Positions 1-8,216 of a stretch of 64,000 nucleotides of DNA are shown here, in pieces. Within the stretch, counting starts at the first letter, position 1, and the number at the start of each line of letters is the position of its first letter. The notes under the pieces are model-generated. The model did no database searches, was not told where the DNA came from, and was given only the letters and a program-made list of their open reading frames with translations. The translations under genes and the position numbers were made by a program. Source of the DNA: Bacteroidales bacterium (GTDB lineage: Bacteria; Bacteroidota; Bacteroidia; Bacteroidales; VadinHA17); the NCBI GenBank assembly GCA_034522515.1, contig JAXHLF010000029.1, positions 7,809 to 71,808 on the forward strand, in the 5' to 3' direction.

Positions 1-789
1 CCGTAAGCCGGCCCCGGGGTACAGGAACTTGTTGCCTATCCTGTTGTCTGACCCGATCCCCTTCCTGACCATTGCCACGTCTGCCCCCACCTTCTCACAG
101 AGATTGGCTATCTCATTCATGAAGCTGATACGTGTTGCCAGCATGGCGTTGGCGGCGTACTTGGTCATCTCCGCAGAGGGGATATCCATGAAGATAACCC
201 TGAAGTTATTAAGCATCATGGGAGAGTAGAGTCTTGTCATCAGCTCCTTTGCCTTCTCATTTTCAACACCCACAACAACCCTGTCAGGGCGCATGAAGTC
301 ATCTATTGCCGCACCCTCCTTGAGGAATTCAGGATTGGAGGCAACGTCAAACTCTATCTCTCTGCCTCGCTTTTTGAGTTCTGCCTCTATTGTTCCCTTC
401 ACGAGTCGTGATGAGCCCACCGGGACTGTGCTTTTTGTTACAACGAGCAGGTATTTTTCCAGGTGTTTCCCTATCTCGCTTGCAACCGACAGCACATGGC
501 TCATGTCAGCGCTGCCGTCCTCACCGGGGGGCGTGCCGACAGCTATAAAAAGTATCTCCACATCGTTGAGGCTCTCCGTAAGGTCGGTCGAGAAGCGGAG
601 CCTGCCCGCTTTTATATTTCGTTGCACCAGGTCGTCAAGGCCGGGCTCATAGATGGGTATAATGCCTTTGTTGAGCTTATCGATCTTATCCGTGTTGGTG
701 TCAATGCAATAAACTATGGCGCCCAGCTCGGCGAAGCAGGCGCCGCTTACCAAACCGACGTAGCCGGTTCCGATGATGGAGATGTTCAT
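1..789 (-). CDS. ugd: UDP-glucose 6-dehydrogenase, N-terminal 263 codons (3' end lies beyond the window edge)
   Basis: The minus frame is open from the ATG at 789 to position 1. It is absent from the ORF track because there is no stop in the window. Hand translation [30 protein letters not shown]...[16 protein letters not shown]...KSTVPVGS...[14 protein letters not shown]... shows the GxGxxG Rossmann N-terminus and UDP-glucose/GDP-mannose dehydrogenase motifs. Confidence 0.9.
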   Translation of the reverse strand, partial: MNISIIGTGYVGLVSGACFAELGAIVYCIDTNTDKIDKLNKGIIPIYEPGLDDLVQRNIKAGRLRFSTDLTESLNDVEILFIAVGTPPGEDGSADMSHVLSVASEIGKHLEKYLLVVTKSTVPVGSSRLVKGTIEAELKKRGREIEFDVASNPEFLKEGAAIDDFMRPDRVVVGVENEKAKELMTRLYSPMMLNNFRVIFMDIPSAEMTKYAANAMLATRISFMNEIANLCEKVGADVAMVRKGIGSDNRIGNKFLYPGAGLR

Positions 790-794
790 GTGAT

Positions 795-836
795 TAGTCT
801 TATAGTCTTAAAGTTGAAAGTCGAAAGTCGAAATGG
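795..836. repeat. Short period-7/8 'word' repeat (agtctta / gtcgaaa units)
   Basis: agtcttatagtcttaaagttgaaagtcgaaagtcgaaatgg lies between the ugd start and the orphan epimerase end. The same gtcgaaa/gtcagaa theme recurs at 21440-21475. Confidence 0.5.
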
Positions 837-837
837 C

Positions 838-936
838 TTAGACCTGAGGAAAGAGTTTGCAGATAATGTCTATAATCCGTTCGGCTGTGTGGCCGTCCCA
901 CAGGGGAGGGATGGCGCCTTTCTTCCAGTTGCCTGG
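838..936 (-). pseudogene. Orphan, diverged 3'-terminal fragment of UDP-GlcNAc 2-epimerase
   Basis: After the toxin stop (TAG 946-948) the same frame reads ...GNWKKGAIPPLWDGHTAERIIDIICKLFPQV* (TAA at 838-840). This is a second copy of the last ~30 codons of the epimerase ending at 1955 (...GGWKKGSIPPLWDGHTAERIIEIISGF*). Confidence 0.75.
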
Positions 937-945
937 TATAATGAC

Positions 946-1665
946 CTAAAGGCTCAGTGGTATCCCTCTCTCTATTGGAGTTTTACCTTCCCCCAGAGAA
1001 TTTGCCCTGCCGAGAAGAAAATCGTCTGCTATCTGTCTGACAGTACCGCGAAGTGATTCAAGATCAGGCGGTGCCAGGAGCCAGTTGACATTCTGAAACC
1101 ACTCCACAGGGAATAAGAGCAGTCTTTGCTCAACATCAAGTTCATTGATCACCACTCTTTGTTTGGCGTGATAAAATACTTCCGGCCAGCTGAAAGCATA
1201 GGCACCAGCTAAATGAAGTATGTCAAATATATCCTTGGGTTCATCACGGCCAACGATGGAGGTCAGTTTATTAGCCAGGATATTGAGGAGGTTATCCACG
1301 GTTCCGTACCTGTATTTCTGTGGCTTCCCCGCATAATAAGGCACATTATTTATCAACTCAACCTTGAGAGAAAAGTCTCCTTCCGTAATAAAGAACCGGG
1401 TATAATCTTCCGTAAAAAGTGACTGTTCAATATTTACGTGGAATTGTGATGTAATTCTATTTTTTATTTCTCCAACATACCCGGCATAGTGCGGATCACT
1501 ATTCACAAAAAAGTCAAGATCCTCGCTAACCCGGTGATTCAGATAAAATCTACCCAACGCAGTTCCGCCCGTCAGATAGAACGGATACTCCAAAGTTTGG
1601 AACCAGGAGAGGAACTTATCCTGCAACAGGTATAATTTCCTGTAATCTGTGTCTGACAAATTCAT
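946..1665 (-). CDS. AbiEii/AbiGii-family nucleotidyltransferase (type IV TA toxin, DUF1814-like)
   Basis: ORF track 946..1704. I prefer the ATG at 1665 (MNLSDTDYRKLY...); the TTG at 1704 is an alternative start. The motif YLTGGTALGRFYLNHRVSEDLDFF is typical of the AbiEii nucleotidyltransferase N-terminal region. The ORF is intact and visibly AT-richer than its flanks. Confidence 0.8.
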   Translation of the reverse strand: MNLSDTDYRKLYLLQDKFLSWFQTLEYPFYLTGGTALGRFYLNHRVSEDLDFFVNSDPHYAGYVGEIKNRITSQFHVNIEQSLFTEDYTRFFITEGDFSLKVELINNVPYYAGKPQKYRYGTVDNLLNILANKLTSIVGRDEPKDIFDILHLAGAYAFSWPEVFYHAKQRVVINELDVEQRLLLFPVEWFQNVNWLLAPPDLESLRGTVRQIADDFLLGRANSLGEGKTPIERGIPLSL

Positions 1666-1921
1666 ATTTTTCCCGTAATGAGGCAGACCTGAGTCTGCCA
1701 ACAACGCGGCTGGTGAGCAGTCTCTTTATATCATCGATTGTAAACACCTGAAGAAGGGTGAACCATGGATAGGTTTCAAGCATCCTTATAAAAAGCATCT
1801 CCCGAGTAAAGTGACCGGCACCTGCTTTTTCGCCTTTAAGAACAGACTCAATTTCATCAGGAGGGATATTATAATCCCAGCTGAGTTGTTTATATATCTT
1901 TATCCTTTCCTCGTGGTTCAT
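1616..1921 (-). CDS. Small protein upstream of and overlapping the AbiEii gene (putative cognate antitoxin)
   Basis: ORF track 1616..1945. The ATG at 1921 gives MNHEERIKIYKQLSWDYNIPPDEIESVLKGE.... Its 3' end overlaps the toxin start by ~50 nt, an operon arrangement typical of TA pairs. I cannot recognise a wHTH by eye. Confidence 0.55.
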   Translation of the reverse strand: MNHEERIKIYKQLSWDYNIPPDEIESVLKGEKAGAGHFTREMLFIRMLETYPWFTLLQVFTIDDIKRLLTSRVVGRLRSASLREKYEFVRHRLQEIIPVAG

Positions 1922-1954
1922 AATATTAACTGTAGAACGGGACAAAGATAATTA

Positions 1955-3069
1955 TTAAAAGCCGGAGATAATTTCAATTATTCGTTCGGCGGTGTGTCCG
2001 TCCCACAGGGGAGGGATGGAGCCTTTCTTCCATCCACCGGCCAGGAGCTTTTTCATTGCCGGGGCTATGGCATCAGGATGGGTGCCGAGAAGCTCATTGG
2101 TGCCCATTGTGACCGTCTCCGGCCGCTCGGTGCTGTTACGGAGGGTCATGCATGGGACGCCCATCACAGCTGGTCTCTTCGGTGATCCCACCCGAGTCAG
2201 TGATCACTGCCATGGAGTGTTCCACGAGATAATTGAACTCCAGATATCCCAGCGGCTCGGTGAGATGCAGGGATGTAAGACCTCCCTTCACCAGTGACCC
2301 GGCCGGGGAGGCAAAGGAGTCGATCACCTTGCGGGTGCGTGGATGCACCGGGAAGATAAGAGGCAGGCCGTCTGAACAGGATATTATCTCATTTAAAAGC
2401 CGGCTGAGGTTGGCCGGGTCATCTACATTATTGGGTCGGTGAAGGGTAAGTACGATATATGTCTTCGCCTTCAGATGGCATTGGTCCCATATGGCAGGTT
2501 GTCTGAAACGGGGGCGGCTGGCCAGGAGAGTGTCGATCATGGTGTTGCCGACAAAGAATATCCGGCTGTCATCCACGCCGCATTTCCTGAGATTATCATT
2601 TGCAGTTCCGGAGGTGGTGAAGAAGTAGTCAGTTATACTGTCCGTCACTATCCTGTTGATCTCTTCGGGCATGGTCATGTCACCCGATCTTATACCACCC
2701 TCGATATGTGCGACGGCTACCTGCATCTTTTTGGCGACAATGGCACAGGCCATTGTAGAGGTGACGTCGCCTACCACGATGCAGAGGTCCGGCTTTGACT
2801 GCATGAGCAGCTTCTCATATCCGAGCATAATCCCCGAGGTCTGTTCGGCCTGGGTTCCGCTGCCCACATTGAGGTTGACATCGGGCTCAGGTATGCCCAG
2901 CTCCCTGAAGAAGGTACCGCTCATCTTCGGGTCGTAGTGCTGCCCGGTATGCACCAGGCGGAATTTTATGGTTACGCCGCCCAGCCTTCCTTCTCTCGAT
3001 CTCCCTGATTATGGGAGCAATCTTCATGAAGTTGGGGCGGGCGCCGACAATGAGGTCAAGGATAACCAT
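1955..3069 (-). pseudogene. wecB: UDP-N-acetylglucosamine 2-epimerase (non-hydrolysing), two frame breaks (possibly sequencing errors)
   Basis: Three ORF pieces: 2887..3069 (MVILDLIVGARPNFMKIAPIIREIE), 2136..2954 (HTGQHYDPKMSGTFFRELGIPEPDVNL...DSGGITEE) and 1955..2191 (MGVPCMTLRNSTERPETVTMGTNELLG...). The breaks are near ~2960 and ~2165. Confidence 0.85.
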
Positions 3070-3070
3070 G

Positions 3071-3150
3071 GAGAAAGGTTAAAGGATAAAGGTTAAAGGA
3101 TAAAGGTTAAAGGATAAAGGTTAAAGGTTAAAGGATAAAGGAGAAAGGAG
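3071..3150. repeat. Period-7 tandem repeat (aaaggtt/aaaggat units)
   Basis: gagaaaggttaaaggataaaggttaaaggataaaggttaaagg... sits directly upstream of the wecB start. The same repeat type recurs at 35225-35297. Confidence 0.85.
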
Positions 3151-3165
3151 ATGATCAGGTGCAGG

Positions 3166-3801
3166 CTATTTGCCGAAGACGAGGCCGAGCTTCATGTTGA
3201 TGAATGAGTCCCTGTTGTGCGGAGAGGGGATGATATACTGTGTCAGCAGGCCAGTACTGAATGAGAGGTGTGTGCTCTTTGATACAGGGATGACAATGCC
3301 GAGCGCCGGATTCAGAAAAGCCCTGGATAACCCCTTGAAATCTTCAACGCTTAACAGAAAACCGCCGTCAGCCATAACGAAAAACTTGTTTTTCTGGCTA
3401 CCGATAAAGTAGCGCACGTCGCCAAATACCGGAAGCAACCAGCCTGTACCTGTCTCACCGAGGTTATACTGCAGGTAACCGACTCCCAGCCCGATGGCAA
3501 GGCCGTTGCCAAATCTCATGCCGTTGACGGTGGTGATGCCGATATGATTATTTGAATAGGGCACACTGACATCTTTCAACCCGATGCCATAAGTAACCTC
3601 CGTTGCGTTGTAATAGCCACCTGAAAAAAGAGAGACAGGCTGCGCAGAGGTGGAATACAGCTTGTGGCTTCGCCAGAAGTCCTGCTTGTGCTGCAGGAAC
3701 TGCACCTTGTCAAGATGCCAGCATCGCTCGGTTACTACCTGTGCGCCGGCATAGGATGCAAACAGCATCAGAACGGCGAGAACGGTGTAAAGTCTTTTCA
3801 T
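3166..3801 (-). CDS. Outer-membrane beta-barrel protein (small porin-like OMP)
   Basis: 211-aa intact ORF with signal peptide MKRLYTVLAVLMLFASYAGAQ, alternating beta-strand pattern, aromatic-rich sequence and C-terminal ...MKLGLVFGK. Confidence 0.7.
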   Translation of the reverse strand: MKRLYTVLAVLMLFASYAGAQVVTERCWHLDKVQFLQHKQDFWRSHKLYSTSAQPVSLFSGGYYNATEVTYGIGLKDVSVPYSNNHIGITTVNGMRFGNGLAIGLGVGYLQYNLGETGTGWLLPVFGDVRYFIGSQKNKFFVMADGGFLLSVEDFKGLSRAFLNPALGIVIPVSKSTHLSFSTGLLTQYIIPSPHNRDSFINMKLGLVFGK

Positions 3802-4023
3802 GATGGTCCTTTTATTGAGTGTGAATGACTTTGGGTTCTAATTTACGAATTATTATTTAGGTACCTGTTTAGCTTAATATATTTTTGCGAAAAATTACAG
3901 GAAACCTGCCTGAGCGGGCGGGGTCATGCAAACCGCGCCACTGCCCGGCGTGCGGAGAGATCAAAAAAGCTATCTGGTAAGCAATGAATTGCAGGTGTTC
4001 TGGACTGGTTGGGCCGCAGAGGC

Positions 4024-4567
4024 TTATTTACCCTTGAACTCAAACCCGAGCCTGAAGTTGATGAATGACTTGCGCTGGTGCGTGACTCCGGTGGTGACCA
4101 TCAGTCCCGTTGAAAATGTCACGGCCCTTCTCGGAGCTGCGACATATCGCACCCCCACTGATGGGTTGATGAAGACACGGGTGGCCTGCAGATCCTCAAA
4201 GTCGACCATTATGCCGCCGGCGCCGGCAACAAACGGCACAAGCTCCTGGGAGTTCATGCTCAGCCTGAAATCGAGAAAAAGAGGCATGAGCAACCCCTCA
4301 TTATGACTGTGCACCCCAATACCGGCTCCCGCCTTGATATTCCTGGTAAACTGGTACCCGGCCAGCGTTGTGATGCCGTAATAATACTGCGACAACTCAG
4401 TCTCAGTGGATGCCAGCCCTAATGCTCCGGTGAGCTCCGTAATGCTTATGAACCCCGGCCGCCAGTCGTAGTTTAGTGCCGGCGTCCTGGCTACTCGTTC
4501 ACGCGGTTGCGCCAGGAGGGTGGCAAAAGGTATTATCAGCAACAGTACAGATTAAAGATCGTTTCAT
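4024..4567 (-). CDS. Outer-membrane beta-barrel protein, paralog of 4645..5196 (one frame break in the signal peptide)
   Basis: ORF track 4024..4542. The ATG at 4567 in a neighbouring frame gives MKRSLICTV, which joins LLIIPFATLLAQ to form a signal peptide. It shares TPALNYDWRPGFISITELTG...YYYGI...AGYQFTRNIKAG with the next gene. Confidence 0.65.
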
Positions 4568-4644
4568 TCGGGTATTTTCAGCTAATGGGTGATTAAACCG
4601 CGGCAGTCACGTGTTGTTACTCCGGGCAGCCTTGCTTTGCGCTT

Positions 4645-5196
4645 TTACCGGTTCTCCTTAAACTTAAATTCAGCCCCCAGCCTGAAGTTGAGGAATGAGT
4701 GGCGTGACCCGCCTCCTGACATGGACATCACCCCCGCGGAGAGTGATATACCGGTGCGGTTTGCGACCACCCACTTCACACATGCCGAGGGATTGATATA
4801 CATCCAAACCTTGCGTTCAGGGTCTCCGAAGTTCAGTGCCACACCGCCTACTGCCGAGAGGAAAGGCACAAACTCCTGAGCGTTCAGGCTGAACCTGGCG
4901 TCAGCGTAAACCGGGAACATTGTCTCATCATTATGTATGTGAACCCCGACACCTATTCCGGCCTTGATGTTGCGTGTAAACTGGTACCCGGCCATGGTAT
5001 TGATACCGTAGTAATACTTTGCATAGGGGACTGCGGTGGTACCGAGGCCCGGTCCACCGGTCAGTTCGGTTATACTGATAAACCCCGGCCGCCAGTCGTA
5101 GTTCAACGCCGGTGTATCTGCAATACGTTCTTCAGGCTGTGCCAACGCCGTACCAGCTAATATGGCCAGCAACAGGAGAGTAAGCTTTGTTCTCAT
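4645..5196 (-). CDS. Outer-membrane beta-barrel protein, paralog of 4024..4567
   Basis: 183-aa intact ORF with signal MRTKLTLLLLAILAGTALAQ and a C-terminal ...FLNFRLGAEFKF beta-barrel-like end. Confidence 0.7.
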   Translation of the reverse strand: MRTKLTLLLLAILAGTALAQPEERIADTPALNYDWRPGFISITELTGGPGLGTTAVPYAKYYYGINTMAGYQFTRNIKAGIGVGVHIHNDETMFPVYADARFSLNAQEFVPFLSAVGGVALNFGDPERKVWMYINPSACVKWVVANRTGISLSAGVMSMSGGGSRHSFLNFRLGAEFKFKENR

Positions 5197-5233
5197 GAAA
5201 ATTCATTTTATCTTAAGTTCTAACGTCAGAAGG

Positions 5234-7682
5234 TCAGTCGTTAGTATAATAGCCTGACGACTTTCCTCCTCCTTTGGCGTAGTAGTTGCCAGGGTCATAG
5301 TAGCGGCTGCCGTAGCCCAGTGAGTATCCGTAACGCAAGCCGTAGCCGTAATATCCCGCTGCTGAAATGTCATTTACGAGAAGTGCAATATTGGCCATCT
5401 CACCCTTGCGGTAGATCTCGTCAAGCAGCTGCACCGAGCCGCGGGTGGTGTATCTCTGCCGCACAACAAAAAGGGTGACGTTGGCAAGCTGGCTGAGCAG
5501 CAGGGCATCGGTGACTATCCCTACAGGCGGAGTGTCAATGATGACAGTGTCAAACTCATTCCTTGCCCTGGCAATGAACTCTGCCATCTTCGGCGAGCCG
5601 ATAAGCTCGGCAGGATTGGGAGGCACCGGTCCCGACGGAGCAAACCAGAGATTTTCTATCTCCGTGGGACTTATGACCTCTTCAAATGTAGCTCCGCCGC
5701 TCAGGTACTGGCTCATGCCGTGTCCGTTGCCGGCCTTCAGTATGGCGTGCACGCGGGGCTTGCGGAGGTCAAGCCCTACAATGAGCACCTTCTTGTTCAT
5801 CATGGAGATGATGGTTGCGAGGTTGACCGATATAAAAGTCTTGCCCTCGCCGCTGACGGGTGAGCTGACAACTATAACAGGGCACTTTGGTCTGCCCGGT
5901 ATAGAAGGCAAGTGAGGTACGCACCGCTCTGAAGCTCTCCGCCAGCGTGCTGCCGGGTTTTTCGGCAACAGGGTCCTCAACGTGGTATTCGGAGTGGCTT
6001 ATGTAACCGATGATCGGCGCCCTGGTGAGATGCTCGATATCATGCCTGCCTATGATCTTGTTGTTAAACAGGTCGAAGATGACTATAAGCGCCATGGGAA
6101 CCATCAGTCCGAGCAGTATGGCAACCAGGTAGTTCTTCATAGTTTTCGGCCTGATCAGAAGGCTGTTGTGTACTTCTGCCAGGTCAATCGTCCGGTTGTC
6201 AGTAATGGTAGAAGCCTGGGCTATACCGGCCTCGGCGCGGCGCTCGAGGAGGATAGGTGTAGACCGAGTTGTTAAGGTCGAATTTTCGCTGTATCCCTAT
6301 CAGTCGTCTTTCAGTTCCCGGCAGTCGTCCCAGATCCTTCTCTGCGACAGTGATACGGCTGTCAAGAGTATTGAGGGTAAGTTTCAGCTGGTTGATTGAG
6401 CTTGTCACATTTTCATGCAGTGCTGCCCGTGCATCATCAAGCTTCTGGTCCATCAGCTGGACCTGGGGCAGATCATCCCTGACAGTGAAATGAAACCTGC
6501 CTGCGCTGCTGCTGAAGTCTGGAAAACTCCTCAACAAGCTTTACCAGGACGGGATCAGTGACACCCATCACGCTTGGTGAAATGATGCTCTCACCCTCCT
6601 CACGCGCATTGAGATAGTCAAGCAGATATTCATTAATACTGCATCTGGAGTCCCAGCAGATTCTTCTCTCCCTCAAGTTTTTCGAGTTTCTGCAGGACGA
6701 GAGTGCCCTCGAGGGTGAGATCGACAAACCTGTTGTCGAGTCTGAAGCTTTCCATCTTGCTCTCCGCCAGTGTCAGAGAATCTGAGATCAGGCCAAGCTG
6801 CGCCTCTATAAACTCAATTGTCAAATTTGCCGCCCTGTTCTTCCAGTCAAGACCCTGCTGGATATACAAATCCATCAGGGTATTCAGATAGTCAGTCCCC
6901 TGCTGCGGGGAGTAACCGTCAAACGAGAGTGTAAAGACTGAGGCATACTCCTTGACCGGTTCCACCTTCAGGCTGGAGCGATAGGCGTTTGTCAGAGCGG
7001 GGTGCGATTCAAACCACACCAGCCACCGTTTGGTCTTACCGTTAATAGCTTTGGTGCTGTCACGCGGCGCAATGACAAAGTTGAAGCCTGCCTGTGTAAA
7101 GGGCTCGCCAAGGTGGTATTCCCTGTCGGAGTCCGGTGCGCCGGACGCAACATCTGTTTCGCGGTTTTCATTCCACCGGGCCAGCGCCTCATTATCAATC
7201 TCAACGGTATAAGCGCCTGAATCCCTGAAACGGAGAGTCACCGGTACTCCCTCCGGCTGCTCTTCATTTAGTTTCGTGATGACAAAAGGCGATGTCTTGT
7301 AGGTACGCTGTCCCTGGATACCGTTACGTTGTACCGGGATGTATGCTATCTGGGTCTCGGGCATCTCCTTAATGACCCGGGAGTTGAGAGTGTACGACTG
7401 CAGTATGGCCACCTCGTCGTCGAGGTTGGGGTAAGGGTTATAGATGTTGCTTGCAAAGATCTGCTCCATGTTGGCAATGGCGCCGGTCGACTGCTGCTCC
7501 TTGATCAGGAGGGTACTGCTGACACTGTAGGCTTTCTGCGAGTAGCGGTTGAAGACATATGCGATACTCAGGGCCAGGAACAGTGCCACGGCTATCCAGA
7601 GCCAGTTGCTGATGAAAAGTGAGACATAGCGCATGAGGTCAATGTCGTCTGAGGGGGGGGCAGGCTTTTTAGTACTTTCCAT
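5234..7682 (-). pseudogene. Wzc/GumC-type polysaccharide co-polymerase + BY tyrosine kinase, copy 1 (about 4 frame breaks)
   Basis: Pieces are 6633..7682 (Wzz-like N-terminal domain with TM), 6473..6727, 6199..6537, 5769..6140 and 5234..5980. The last piece carries a P-loop SSPVSGEGKTFISVNLA, DTPP, and the Tyr-rich tail YYGYGLRYGYSLGYGSRYYDPGNYY. Confidence 0.8.
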
Positions 7683-7728
7683 AATTTGGTGATTGAAGGC
7701 TATTGGGAAATGTTTTAGTCTGAAGGGG

Positions 7729-7830
7729 GTCGGCAGTCAGAAGTCGGCAGTCGGCAGCAGCGAATTTGCGATTGGCGATTTGCGAATTGCGATCAGGGAA
7801 CAATGAAATTGCGATTTGCGAATTGCGAGC
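7729..7830. repeat. Period-7/8 'word' repeats (gtcggca units, then gcgaatt/gcgattt units)
   Basis: gtcggcagtcagaagtcggcagtcggcagcagcgaatttgcgattggcgatttgcgaattgcga...gcgatttgcgaattgcgagc lies upstream of Wzc copy 1. Confidence 0.8.
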
Positions 7831-8120
7831 AGGCTATAATTTTTGCTCCTGATCTGATGATCAGATATTTGTGTTTTGATAATCCTCCGGTTGGTCAGTC
7901 ACATCGGGTTGAGTGCCTAACAATCTTAAGGTCAGTTAAATAAAACGTGAGCCGATCAGTGGTTAATGGCTCTTATATTATGTCAATACTTCCCCTTAGA
8001 TTTACTGCCGCCCTGAGGCGGATTAGATTGCCAAATATAGGTAAAATTTGATTTATGTTTATCCTTCCACAATAGAGAAAATCTTGTAACAGGGCGGCTG
8101 GCAGGCAGTAGGCAGTAGTC

Positions 8121-8203
8121 AATAGAGGGGCGAGCGTTAACAAATGACCCGTTGGGTCATTTGAGTGTAGCAGCCAGTTTGCAGGGAGGGCAGTATGCAG
8201 TAG
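8121..8203 (+). repeat. ~85-nt hairpin-containing interspersed repeat, copy A
   Basis: aatagaggggcgagcgttaacaaatgacccgttgggtcatttgagtgtagcagccagtttgcagggagggcagtatgcagtag, with a 9-bp hairpin at 8142-8162. Related copies are at 21478-21560 (+), 26580-26663 (-), and a partial copy at 16537-16592. Confidence 0.85.
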
Positions 8204-8216
8204 TGAATCGCTTCTG

